Shown: positions 49,224-58,660 of the stretch, in pieces
How positions within the stretch are numbered: position 1 is the stretch's first letter
Layout: each line of letters begins with the position of its first letter
The notes under the pieces: model-generated
The model's database searches: none
The model's input: only the letters and a program-made list of their open reading frames with translations
What the model was told of the DNA's origin: nothing
From: Porticoccaceae bacterium
GTDB lineage: Bacteria; Bacteroidota; Bacteroidia; Flavobacteriales; Flavobacteriaceae
Assembly (NCBI GenBank): GCA_047635475.1
Contig: JBLIKQ010000001.1
Coordinates: 7,818-71,817 of the forward strand
Length of the DNA: 64,000 nucleotides
Reading direction: 5' to 3'
Made by a program: the position numbers and the translations under genes

Positions 49224-50342
49224 TCACTTCATTTCTCTGATCAGATAAATATAAACCGGAAAATGGTCACTAAAACCAATTTCGGTTGCGGAATGTCGTT
49301 TCGGGTAGCCTTTATATTGGCCGGATGTTTGTATTAAAAAAGACTTGTTGTAAATCCCAGCTTTCCAATAGCGAAAAGAACTTAAGTCCTTTTGAATTAG
49401 CGATTGCGACACCATGATCTGGTCAAAAATATCCCAAGAGTCTCGATACGCTATTGTTCCTAGTCCTTTTCTAGCCATTTCTTCGAATGGGTTGTAAACA
49501 CCTAACGGAAGCACCTCAGCCTTATTGGCTTTGGCGCCAAGCGCTAATTTTACACTTTTGTTAAAAGGCCCGTCATTTAAATCCCCAAGCGTAATCACTT
49601 TCGCATCTGGATTTATCCGTTGTAAGGAATCGATTATTTTTCGGTTCAATGATCCCGCTGCTTCTCTGAAAGGACTAGACTTTTTTTCACCCCCAGAACG
49701 AGAAGGCCAGTGGTTGACAACAATATTAATTTCCTCCCCATCCAAAAATCCAGTGACCAAAAGTTGATCCCTTGTAAATACGCGATTATTCAGGTCAGTT
49801 TCTTCTAAGTTATCCTCTGTTCTGTCGCTCGCCTCCATTTTTGTTAACGCTTTTGTTGATACTTCCTTTCTATACACGATCAAAGGTATATTGCTGTAAG
49901 TAGTAGGCCGGAAATATTTTTTCTGATACAGTAAGGCCACATCTATACCCCGCTTATCGGGAGAATCAAAATGAATAATTCCATATTCTTTATCGACGAG
50001 TTTGGATTCTTTAATCAAATCTTCCAACACGCCTCTATTTTCAATTTCGGAACAGCCTATAAAAGTAGGGGAGTTTGTGTTTTCAGAAGAACCTATTTCG
50101 ACTAAAACCCTAGAAAGGTTTCGTAATTTTTGCTGATACTTTGAGGAAGTCCAATGCTGTGCCCCTTTTGGCGTCCACTCATCATCGTTAATATTGGGGT
50201 CATTGATGGTATCAAAAAGATTTTCGAAATTATAAAATGCTACTGTATGAATGACATAGTTTTTTTGCTGAGCAACAGCCTTTGTTAACGAGAAAAGTAA
50301 AATGAATAAAGGAAAGATTCGTAAAATTCTCATATCTGACAT
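49224..50342 (-). CDS. Secreted endonuclease/exonuclease/phosphatase family protein
   Basis: AFYNFENLFD, RGIDVALLY, NHWPSR, GDLND, SDHFPV. Confidence 0.92.
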   Translation of the reverse strand: MSDMRILRIFPLFILLFSLTKAVAQQKNYVIHTVAFYNFENLFDTINDPNINDDEWTPKGAQHWTSSKYQQKLRNLSRVLVEIGSSENTNSPTFIGCSEIENRGVLEDLIKESKLVDKEYGIIHFDSPDKRGIDVALLYQKKYFRPTTYSNIPLIVYRKEVSTKALTKMEASDRTEDNLEETDLNNRVFTRDQLLVTGFLDGEEINIVVNHWPSRSGGEKKSSPFREAAGSLNRKIIDSLQRINPDAKVITLGDLNDGPFNKSVKLALGAKANKAEVLPLGVYNPFEEMARKGLGTIAYRDSWDIFDQIMVSQSLIQKDLSSFRYWKAGIYNKSFLIQTSGQYKGYPKRHSATEIGFSDHFPVYIYLIREMK

Positions 50343-50504
50343 ATTAAAAAAAAACTTAATAGGAACTACTTCAAAACCTGTGTTATCTAGTAGTAAAAAT
50401 ACTTCATTTGAATAACAAACTCCAATTTATTTTCAATTTGCCTATCTTTGTTCTTGTTTGTAATACAGACCGCAAAGCCACCATCAAATCAGGCAGACAA
50501 AATT

Positions 50505-51506
50505 ATGTATACTACTCGATTTCCATTTATAAACAGTGGGTTTGCTTTATACAAATTCCTGTTTTTATTTTTTATTTTACAATCTTACAACAGTCAAGCT
50601 AATACGCAAATGATAACACCACCCATTTTACAAAAAGGAGATACTATTGCCATTTTGGCTACAGCCAGAAAAAACATTGACAGCAATCTTAAACCAGCAA
50701 TAGATTTATTACATAGTTGGGGACTGAAAGTCATCATTGGGAATACCATCGGATTAGATGACAACCAGTTGGCCGGAACGGATGAGCAAAGAGCCGCCGA
50801 TTTTCAGCAGCAATTAGACAACCCAAACATCAAAGGAATTTGGTGCGTAAAAGGGGGATATGGTACCGTCAGGATAATCGATTTATTAGATTTTACCCAA
50901 TTTAAACAAAACCCAAAATGGATTATTGGATTTAGTGACATTACCGTATTACACAATCATTTGAATACCATGGGGTTTAAATCCATACATGGAATCATGC
51001 CTATCAGTATTCCAAAAGCATCTGCAGCGGCTATTTCAAGCTTGAAACTTGCGTTATTTGGTGGCCAATTGACTTATCAAATCGCAACTGACGAGATGAA
51101 TCGATCTGGTACTGCAACAGGGGAATTAGTGGGCGGAAATTTATCTATTCTTTACAGTTTATTGGGGTCGCAATCAGCTATTGATTGCAGGGATAAAATC
51201 TTGTTTATAGAAGACCTTGATGAATATCTTTATCATATCGACCGCATGATGATGAATTTAAAACGCAACGGATGCTTAGAGAGCATAAAAGGAATTATCG
51301 TGGGTTCGATGTCAAAAATGAGGGACAACGAAATTCCTTGGGGTAAAACTGCTGTACAAGTCATACAAGACGTTACAAAAACATATAACATTCCAATCCT
51401 ATATAATTTCCCTGCGGGACATATTCACGATAATAGGGCGCTAATACTAGGAAGCAAAGTATCCATTAATGTGAGTAAAGATAGTTCAAGCCTTATTTTT
51501 GAATAA
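50505..51506 (+). CDS. LD-carboxypeptidase (peptidase S66)
   Basis: GGYG, IGFSDIT, GGNLS, LFIED, AGH. Start uncertain: ATG 50505 (with signal-like peptide) or ATG 50610. Confidence 0.9.
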   Translation: MYTTRFPFINSGFALYKFLFLFFILQSYNSQANTQMITPPILQKGDTIAILATARKNIDSNLKPAIDLLHSWGLKVIIGNTIGLDDNQLAGTDEQRAADFQQQLDNPNIKGIWCVKGGYGTVRIIDLLDFTQFKQNPKWIIGFSDITVLHNHLNTMGFKSIHGIMPISIPKASAAAISSLKLALFGGQLTYQIATDEMNRSGTATGELVGGNLSILYSLLGSQSAIDCRDKILFIEDLDEYLYHIDRMMMNLKRNGCLESIKGIIVGSMSKMRDNEIPWGKTAVQVIQDVTKTYNIPILYNFPAGHIHDNRALILGSKVSINVSKDSSSLIFE

Positions 51507-51580
51507 TACAAAGAATAATCGCTCTAAGATTACCAATTTATAGAGACACATACTGCGATTGAAAACTTAACACTATTTTC

Positions 51581-51940
51581 ATGGCTGAACACAACGAATT
51601 AGGAAAACTGGGGGAAGAACTAGCTGTAGAATACCTGCAGAAAAACGGCTATGCTATTTTAGAAAAAAACTGGACTTTCCAAAAAGCGGAAATCGATATT
51701 ATTGCCAAAAAAGAAAACATTCTCGCCGTTGTCGAAGTAAAAACTCGTTCTTCTTTAGATTTTGGTTTACCGCAGGATTTTGTGAAAACCCAAAAAATCC
51801 AACTATTGGTAAAAGCGGTAGATGCATATGTGAACGAAAAAGATTTAGACATCGACGTCCGTTTCGACATTATTGCAATCCATAAAGAAGGCAAAACTTT
51901 TATAATTGAACACCTAATCGACGCCTTTTATCATTTTTAA
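51581..51940 (+). CDS. YraN family (UPF0102) predicted endonuclease
   Basis: LGKLGEELA, EIDIIA, VEVKTR, RFDII. Confidence 0.93.
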   Translation: MAEHNELGKLGEELAVEYLQKNGYAILEKNWTFQKAEIDIIAKKENILAVVEVKTRSSLDFGLPQDFVKTQKIQLLVKAVDAYVNEKDLDIDVRFDIIAIHKEGKTFIIEHLIDAFYHF

Positions 51941-51983
51941 GTATATTTCTTGATGTTATATATGTAACAATTTGTTTTTTATT

Positions 51984-51991
51984 TATATTTG
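51984..51991 (+). promoter_or_regulatory. -7 promoter box (TATATTTG)
   Basis: TAnnTTTG followed by CA; argues against the TTG start at 51989. Confidence 0.65.
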
Positions 51992-52057
51992 CAAGGTCTT
52001 TTAGCGCACAAAACAAACAAGCTTGTTGTACATGCTGAACACAAATACATTAAAATC

Positions 52058-52714
52058 ATGAAAACCGTCTCTTCAATTGTAGAAAATTACATCAAAACAA
52101 AGCCCTTTTTACTAAACGCATTGTCACTTGGGATTATCAATCTGACTTCATTATCCCGAAATATCATGTCCGAATTGGAAAGTGAGTTTGGAAAAGAAGT
52201 GAAACAAGGTGCGATTGTAATGGCATTAAAACGACTAACAGAAGAACTAGATTTTAGATTAAACCACAAAATAAATAAAGTAATAAAAAATATTGGCGAA
52301 ATAACCGTTCGCTCGGCCTTAACTGACTATACTTTTGCAGTTTCAGAAACGGTCTTAAATAAACAAGCTGAATTAATATCGGATACCAATGCTTTCCCAG
52401 ATGTTTTTTACACTTCATCCAGAGGGGTAAATGAAATTAACATCGTAATAAGTAGCAGTGTAACCAAACTAGTTGACAAGCATTTTGTAAACGAGAAATT
52501 AATTCAAAAACTAGACAACCTAGCTTCAATCACTGTTAAGTTACCAAAAGAAAATATTGTTGTCCCCGGAATCTATTATTTCATTTTTCAACGTCTGGCT
52601 TGGGAAGGAATTATCATTAATGAAGTGATTTCAACTTCTAATGAATTTACAATATTAGTGAGCGAAGATCAGGTGGATGTGGCTTTTAAAGTAATTAAAG
52701 ATTTAAAGATGTAA
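52058..52714 (+). CDS. ACT-domain protein with N-terminal helical/HTH-like region (often labelled aspartate kinase but lacks a kinase domain)
   Basis: GIINLTSLSR..GAIVMALKRL N-terminus; ACT-like VPGIYYFIFQRLAWEGIII.EVIST..EFTILV. Confidence 0.75.
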   Translation: MKTVSSIVENYIKTKPFLLNALSLGIINLTSLSRNIMSELESEFGKEVKQGAIVMALKRLTEELDFRLNHKINKVIKNIGEITVRSALTDYTFAVSETVLNKQAELISDTNAFPDVFYTSSRGVNEINIVISSSVTKLVDKHFVNEKLIQKLDNLASITVKLPKENIVVPGIYYFIFQRLAWEGIIINEVISTSNEFTILVSEDQVDVAFKVIKDLKM

Positions 52715-52759
52715 TAATACATAACGGCTTAAAAAGCATGTTCTTTAACTAATAAATTC

Positions 52760-52799
52760 AAAAAAAGCTTCTAATCTTAGTGAGATTGGAAGCTTTTTT
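52760..52799. terminator. Bidirectional intrinsic terminator
   Basis: AAAAAAGCTTCTAATCT..AGATTGGAAGCTTTTTT. Confidence 0.8.
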
Positions 52800-52881
52800 A
52801 TTTGTCCTGAAATTACACATAAGTTTTTGTAGCTTAGACCATTTAGAAGCTAAAATTCATCCTAGAAAACCAAAGAGGAAA

Positions 52882-55800
52882 TTACTTTTCTACCGCAGCC
52901 AGTAATTCCATCATTTCCAATGCCTTTCTGGTCGATTTCACATTATCAAAAGTCAACAATAAACGCAGACCATTCTTGGTTTCTTTTTCCTTTATTTTAC
53001 AAATCGAACTGTGTTTTTGAACAAAATGCATGACAGCCATAAAACGATTCGACTTGTAGTAGTCGGATTGCTGATCGGACACAAAATAACCTATCATCTT
53101 GCCCTGTTTCATCACTAATCTCTCGATTCCCAAACGACTGGCAATCCATTTGATACGGATGCTATTCATAAGAGCAATAGCTCGTGGTGGCATAGGACCA
53201 AATCTATCTATCAATTTTTTCTGAAAAAGCTGTAACTCCTCTTCATTTTTCACACTAGCTAATTCATTGTACAAACTCAATCGCTCCGTAACATTATTGA
53301 TGTATTCGTCAGAAAACAATAACTCAAAATCAGTATCAATCTGAAGGTCTTTAACGTACTCTTTGGTTTCGATATCATTCTCAGCCGGATACAAATCTTT
53401 GAATTCGGTTTCTTTCAACTCCTCAATAGCCTCATTCAAGATCTTCTGGTAGGTATCAAAACCTATTTCATTTATAAATCCGCTTTGTTCCCCTCCCAAT
53501 AAATCTCCAGCACCACGAATCTCAAGATCCTTCATGGCAATATTGAATCCGCTTCCTAGCTCACTAAATTGTTCCAATGCCTGGATTCGTTTTCGGGCAT
53601 CATCAGTCATGGCCGAATATGGTGGACAAATAAAGTAACAAAAGGCTTTCTTATTGCTTCGCCCGACGCGCCCGCGCATTTGATGCAAATCAGACAAGCC
53701 AAAGTTGTTAGCGTTATTAATGAAAATCGTGTTGGCATTAGGCACATCTAATCCGCTTTCGATAATGGTGGTTGCAACCAAAACATCAAATTCACCGTTC
53801 ATAAAGGCTAGCATTAACTCTTCGAGTTTTTTTCCTTCCATCTGTCCGTGGCCTATACCCACTTTGGCATTGGGCACCAATCTCTGAATCATTCCAGCGA
53901 CTTCCTTAATGTTTTCAATGCGGTTATTAATAAAGAAAACCTGTCCGTTTCGCTGAATTTCATAGGAAATCGCATCTCGGATTAACTCTTCACTAAAACC
54001 AACCACATTCGTATCTATTGGATATCTATTGGGTGGCGCCGTAGTAATTACAGATAAATCTCTCGCTGCCATTAACGAAAACTGTAAAGTTCTCGGAATC
54101 GGAGTTGCAGTCAAAGTCAAGGTATCGACATTCGCTGCTATTGTTTTTAATTTATCTTTTACATTAACCCCAAACTTCTGTTCTTCATCCACAATCAACA
54201 ATCCCAAATCTTTGAAGACTACATTTTTATTTACTAACTGGTGCGTTCCAATGACAATATCGAGTTTTCCTTCGGCTAAAAGCTTCAGGGTTTCCGCTTT
54301 TTGCTTGGCCGTTCTAAATCGGTTTAAATAACCAATAGAAACGGGCATGTCTTTCAGTCGCTCCGTGAAAGTACGATAATGTTGATATGCTAATATTGTT
54401 GTTGGCACCAGAATGGCGACTTGTTTGCTGTTGTCAACGGCTTTAAAAGCCGCCCGAATTGCCACCTCAGTTTTACCAAATCCCACATCACCACACACCA
54501 AGCGATCCATTGGACGATCGCTTTCCATATCAGCCTTCACCTCCTGAGTTGATTTGGTTTGATCCGGCGTATCTTCATATATAAACGAACTTTCCAATTC
54601 GTTTTGCAAGTAACTGTCTGGTGCGAACCGAAACCCTTTGTCTAATCTTCTTTTGGCGTAGAGCTGTATCAAATTGAATGCAACATGCTTAACTCTTGCT
54701 TTGGTCTTTTGTTTTAAAACTTTCCAAGCATTAGAACCCAATTTATAAATTTTGGGCGCCGCTCCGTCCTTACCCGCGTATTTCGAAATCTTGTGCAGCG
54801 AATGAATACTGACGTAAACAATATCATTGTCCGCGTATACCAGCTTTATGGCTTCTTGTGTTCTATTCTCTACCTGTATTTTCTGCAGCCCTCCAAAGCG
54901 ACCTATTCCGTGATCGATATGCGTTACATAGTCACCAACTGCCAAAGTAGTCAGTTCTTTTAGAGTAATGTTTTGCTTTTTCGAATAGTTGTTTTTGATG
55001 CTAAATTTATGATAGCGCTCAAAAATCTGGTGGTCCGTGTAACAAGTAATTTGATTTTCCTCATCGACAAAACCTTGATACAAGGGGAAAACAATGGTAT
55101 TGTACTGTTTTCGAATGTTCTCCGAATTGGCTTCGTCTAGAGTCTCAAAAATATCATGAAAACGTTTGGCCTGGTTTTCATTCGAGCAAAATAAATAGTT
55201 TTTGTATCCATTAAAATGATTTTCATTCAGGTTATTCAACAATAGATCAAATTGCTTGTTGAATGACGGTTGCGGCTGCATGTGGAATTCGAATTTTTCA
55301 GCTATCTTAAATATGGGTTTAGAACTCAATTCTACGATCGAAAAGTCTAATGCTCTTTTAATGAAAGTGCGTTGATTTAGAAACAACTGATCTGGAGTGG
55401 CGTGTTTTATGTCTTTGGACAGTTTTTCAAAAGCCTCCTCTGCTTTTGCGAACTGCTTGTCTAATTGCGATAAAAAACCTTCCGTGTTCTGGATAAAAAT
55501 CACTGTTTTCTCTGAGATGTAATCTAAGAAACTCTCCCTATTCTCCTGAAAAATCTTGTTTTCCACATTTGGAATTATCGTGATTTTTTTTTGGATCTCT
55601 ATCGACAATTGCGTCCCTACGTCAAAACTCCGAATGCTGTCTACTTCGTTTCCAAAAAACTCGATCCGGTATGGGTTCTCATTTGAAAATGAGAAAACGT
55701 CAACTATACCTCCACGAACCGAAAACTCACCGGGTTCAGTAATAAAATCGACTCTTTTGAATTCATATTCGAATAAAACCTCATTTATGAAATCAATAGA

Positions 55801-56256
55801 AATTTTATCTCCAACAGAAACTTTTAAGGTGTTTTTATCCAAGTCCTTCCTCGTCACTACTTTTTCAAACAGCGCCTCCGGATAGCTAACAATAACCGCC
55901 GGTTTTTTACGAGAGTTTATTCTGTTGAGCACTTCGGCACGGAGCAATACGTTAGCATTATCCGTATCCTCTATCTGGTAGGGACGGCGATAGGAACCCG
56001 GATAAAACAGTACGTCTTGTTCACCGATCATTTGTTCTAAATCATTCAAATAATAAGCTGCCTCCTCCTTGTCGTTTAAAACAATTAAAAAAGGACGCTC
56101 CGATTTTTTAAATAAAGCTCGAATAATAAATGATACCGCAGATCCCAACAAACCGTCGAGATGCATTTTTAATGGATTTGATTCTCCCAACCGCTCCACG
56201 ATTTGCTGAACTTTAGGAGAATTATCGTAGGTGTTATATAAGGCTGTTTTACTCAA
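52882..56256 (-). CDS. mfd: Transcription-repair coupling factor
   Basis: GEFSVRGG, VTHIDHGIG, CGDVGFGKTE, DEEQKFG, TATPIPRT, QMRGRVGR, DLEIRGAG; probable TTG start at 56256 overlapping the upstream stop. Confidence 0.97.
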   Translation of the reverse strand: MSKTALYNTYDNSPKVQQIVERLGESNPLKMHLDGLLGSAVSFIIRALFKKSERPFLIVLNDKEEAAYYLNDLEQMIGEQDVLFYPGSYRRPYQIEDTDNANVLLRAEVLNRINSRKKPAVIVSYPEALFEKVVTRKDLDKNTLKVSVGDKISIDFINEVLFEYEFKRVDFITEPGEFSVRGGIVDVFSFSNENPYRIEFFGNEVDSIRSFDVGTQLSIEIQKKITIIPNVENKIFQENRESFLDYISEKTVIFIQNTEGFLSQLDKQFAKAEEAFEKLSKDIKHATPDQLFLNQRTFIKRALDFSIVELSSKPIFKIAEKFEFHMQPQPSFNKQFDLLLNNLNENHFNGYKNYLFCSNENQAKRFHDIFETLDEANSENIRKQYNTIVFPLYQGFVDEENQITCYTDHQIFERYHKFSIKNNYSKKQNITLKELTTLAVGDYVTHIDHGIGRFGGLQKIQVENRTQEAIKLVYADNDIVYVSIHSLHKISKYAGKDGAAPKIYKLGSNAWKVLKQKTKARVKHVAFNLIQLYAKRRLDKGFRFAPDSYLQNELESSFIYEDTPDQTKSTQEVKADMESDRPMDRLVCGDVGFGKTEVAIRAAFKAVDNSKQVAILVPTTILAYQHYRTFTERLKDMPVSIGYLNRFRTAKQKAETLKLLAEGKLDIVIGTHQLVNKNVVFKDLGLLIVDEEQKFGVNVKDKLKTIAANVDTLTLTATPIPRTLQFSLMAARDLSVITTAPPNRYPIDTNVVGFSEELIRDAISYEIQRNGQVFFINNRIENIKEVAGMIQRLVPNAKVGIGHGQMEGKKLEELMLAFMNGEFDVLVATTIIESGLDVPNANTIFINNANNFGLSDLHQMRGRVGRSNKKAFCYFICPPYSAMTDDARKRIQALEQFSELGSGFNIAMKDLEIRGAGDLLGGEQSGFINEIGFDTYQKILNEAIEELKETEFKDLYPAENDIETKEYVKDLQIDTDFELLFSDEYINNVTERLSLYNELASVKNEEELQLFQKKLIDRFGPMPPRAIALMNSIRIKWIASRLGIERLVMKQGKMIGYFVSDQQSDYYKSNRFMAVMHFVQKHSSICKIKEKETKNGLRLLLTFDNVKSTRKALEMMELLAAVEK

Positions 56257-56866
56257 TGCGAGGGGTATTTGGATCGATAAGTGTGTTCGGGCTTGGCGTA
56301 TTCGGGATTGCTCTAGAAGCATCCATCATCTTCATTAATTCAGACTCTCCCTCTTCAACAGGTATTTTATTTTTTTCAGTAATTTTATCCATTTGCCTTT
56401 GTAAGGACGACAATTCGTTATTGATTTCTGCAATCATATGGACCACTTTTTTATCTGGAATATTGTCCAAATGAATATATAGATCTAGCAAGCGCACTTT
56501 TGTAATCAAAGTCGAAATCCTACTTTTAATCTGAGGTTTGTTATATTGATATGGTATGTTATCATTTAATGCCATTGCTTTTTTAGAAATCGCTATTGAT
56601 TTTTGTTGAAAAGCACCAATAGTTTTTTTAGGTTTGATGGCCAACTCAGCCAAAAATAAGCGCAACTCATTCCAAGTAGCCATGCTAGCCTCCGAAGCTG
56701 TATTAATAGGGGTGTCGTAAAAAACCCATGCTTTGCTTATATTTGAAAAAATGACTTCCTTTTTTTGGGCATCTTTTTCGTTTTCGACTAGGCGTCTTTG
56801 ATCATTATTTTTACATGAGGAAAGCAAAATAATCAGAAAAAGAAAACAGGATAATTTGTGTGTCAT
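56249..56866 (-). CDS. Conserved hypothetical lipoprotein
   Basis: Lipobox LLSS-C after a hydrophobic stretch; coupled to mfd. Confidence 0.8.
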   Translation of the reverse strand: MTHKLSCFLFLIILLSSCKNNDQRRLVENEKDAQKKEVIFSNISKAWVFYDTPINTASEASMATWNELRLFLAELAIKPKKTIGAFQQKSIAISKKAMALNDNIPYQYNKPQIKSRISTLITKVRLLDLYIHLDNIPDKKVVHMIAEINNELSSLQRQMDKITEKNKIPVEEGESELMKMMDASRAIPNTPSPNTLIDPNTPRIE

Positions 56867-56884
56867 TGTAATTGCATTGAAGCG

Positions 56885-56892
56885 CAAAGTTA
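56885..56892 (-). promoter_or_regulatory. -7 promoter box (TAACTTTG) for the lipoprotein-mfd operon
   Basis: TAnnTTTG consensus. Confidence 0.6.
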
Positions 56893-56900
56893 CAAAGTAA

Positions 56901-56935
56901 ATTTATAATTACAGATTGTAAAACACGAATTACAA
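56901..56935. repeat. Degenerate 7-nt array
   Basis: ATTTATA ATTACAG ATTGTAA AACACGA ATTACAA. Confidence 0.4.
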
Positions 56936-57056
56936 TTGAACAATAAACACTGCTTTTTCAGCATCAAATATGCTAAAAAAACAGGAGTAAAATTATGAAT
57001 TTAAGCGTTTTTATATCGTATTTACAATCTTTCTCTAGTAGCTCTAGAATATTTAC

Positions 57057-57072
57057 GAAAACGTTACCTTTG
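57057..57072 (+). promoter_or_regulatory. ltd -7 box (TACCTTTG, 57065-57072) overlapped by operator-like GAAAACGTTACC
   Basis: TAnnTTTG consensus; 10/12 match to the gdhA palindrome. Confidence 0.55.
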
Positions 57073-57092
57073 CACTTCTAAAATTATTGAAA

Positions 57093-58046
57093 ATGAGTAC
57101 AAAAATATTGATTATTGGCGCTTGTGGTCAAATTGGAACCGAGTTAACCCATTCATTGAGAAAAATATACGGAACCGAAAATGTTATCGCTTCCGACATC
57201 CGTAAACTGAACAATGACGTTGTCAACTCAGGACCTTTCGAGGTAATAAATGCCTTAGATTTCAATCAGATTGAGCACCTTGTAGAAGTACACAAAATTG
57301 ACGAGATTTATTTAATGGCTGCATTATTATCCGCAACAGCCGAGAAAAACCCTGCTTTCGCCTGGGATTTAAATATGAATTCTCTTTTTCACGTTTTAAA
57401 TTTGGCTAAAGCCAAAAAAATAAAAAAAATATTCTGGCCTTCAAGTATCGCGGTTTTTGGACCTACGACACCCAAGGAGAATACTCCTCAATATACCATC
57501 ATGGAACCATCTACAGTTTATGGCATCAGTAAACAAGCTGGCGAAAGATGGTGCGAATACTACCATAATATTTTTGGCGTTGATGTACGAAGCATCCGTT
57601 ATCCCGGTCTCATCAGCTATTCCTCACCTCCTGGTGGCGGAACAACAGATTATGCCGTTGATATTTTTCACAAAGCACTTTCTGACAAAAAATACGAATG
57701 CTTCATCTCCTCGGAAACTAAAATGCCTATGATGTATATGGACGATGCCATTGCGGCAACCATTCAAATTATGCAGGCACCAAAAGAGAACGTCAAAATT
57801 CGCTCTTCATACAATCTGGCTGCAATGAGTTTTACGCCTACAGAAATTGCCAAAGAAATCAAGAAACACATTCCAGAATTCACGATAACCTATGAACCAG
57901 ACTTCCGCCAGAAAATTGCGGACAGTTGGCCTGCTAGTATCGATGATCAGCAAGCCAGAGAAGACTGGGGCTGGAAACACAACTACGATTTAGAAAAAAC
58001 GACTGTAGATATGCTGGAGAACTTGAGCACATCTGAAGAAAAATAA
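57093..58046 (+). CDS. ltd: L-threonine 3-dehydrogenase (SDR/GalE-like)
   Basis: GACGQIG, ALLSATAE, PSSIAVFG, YGISK, PGGGTTDYAV, IADSWP. Confidence 0.92.
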   Translation: MSTKILIIGACGQIGTELTHSLRKIYGTENVIASDIRKLNNDVVNSGPFEVINALDFNQIEHLVEVHKIDEIYLMAALLSATAEKNPAFAWDLNMNSLFHVLNLAKAKKIKKIFWPSSIAVFGPTTPKENTPQYTIMEPSTVYGISKQAGERWCEYYHNIFGVDVRSIRYPGLISYSSPPGGGTTDYAVDIFHKALSDKKYECFISSETKMPMMYMDDAIAATIQIMQAPKENVKIRSSYNLAAMSFTPTEIAKEIKKHIPEFTITYEPDFRQKIADSWPASIDDQQAREDWGWKHNYDLEKTTVDMLENLSTSEEK

Positions 58047-58049
58047 AAC

Positions 58050-58084
58050 AAAAAAAAGTCTGGCTTTAAAGCCAGACTTTTTTT
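58050..58084. terminator. Bidirectional intrinsic terminator
   Basis: A8-GTCTGGCTTTAAAGCCAGAC-T7. Confidence 0.85.
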
Positions 58085-58099
58085 ATACTCAATAAAGTG

Positions 58100-58225
58100 T
58101 CACTTCAGTTCATAAACGTTATTGGTCTGTTTCACATCAGCCATTAAACCACTTGGGTCAATGGTGATCTTTTTGATGGTACTTTTTGCTGCACCTAGTG
58201 TGAAATCATAGTCGGATGCTGCCCA
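58100..58225 (-). pseudogene. Orphan divergent duplicate of the 3' end of the M1 aminopeptidase gene
   Basis: WAASDYDFTLGAAKSTIKKITIDPSGLMADVKQTNNVYELK*, 30/40 aa identical to the M1 C-terminus encoded at 58661-58783; no start codon. Confidence 0.9.
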
Positions 58226-58232
58226 GTTATTT

Positions 58233-58631
58233 TTAATCTATAATTCCGTTTTTTCTAAACATTTCGCTTAACTGTTTCCTATCCTCCTCTGATTTCACTT
58301 CTACTAAATCACGGGTTTTCCCATTCTTTAATTCTATAAAATATTTTTTCCTTCCTAAAAAAACCCGCTTATCCAATCCTTTTATTTGATCAGCAGGTAT
58401 TTTCTCTTTTGTTGATTTTTTAAAAATAGAATAATAAAGTATCACAATTGAAACAACTCCTATTACCAACCATATTATTTTCATGAAACCAAAGCTTGCT
58501 TTTACATCTGATAAATTTAGAATCGCACTCAGTAGATTTAAAACCATCAAAAAGTTTATTAAAAAGACATGGCTTTTCAATCTATCTTTAATCTCAATAG
58601 TTTTATCGACTTCGTTATAATTAATATTCAT
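58233..58631 (-). CDS. Small two-TM membrane protein with possible PH-like C-terminal domain
   Basis: Two hydrophobic helices, then KKYFIELKNGKTRDL; AT-rich; lies between the two M1 3' ends. Confidence 0.75.
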   Translation of the reverse strand: MNINYNEVDKTIEIKDRLKSHVFLINFLMVLNLLSAILNLSDVKASFGFMKIIWLVIGVVSIVILYYSIFKKSTKEKIPADQIKGLDKRVFLGRKKYFIELKNGKTRDLVEVKSEEDRKQLSEMFRKNGIID

Positions 58632-58660
58632 ACATCCGAACTAAGTAGTTTAATAAATCT

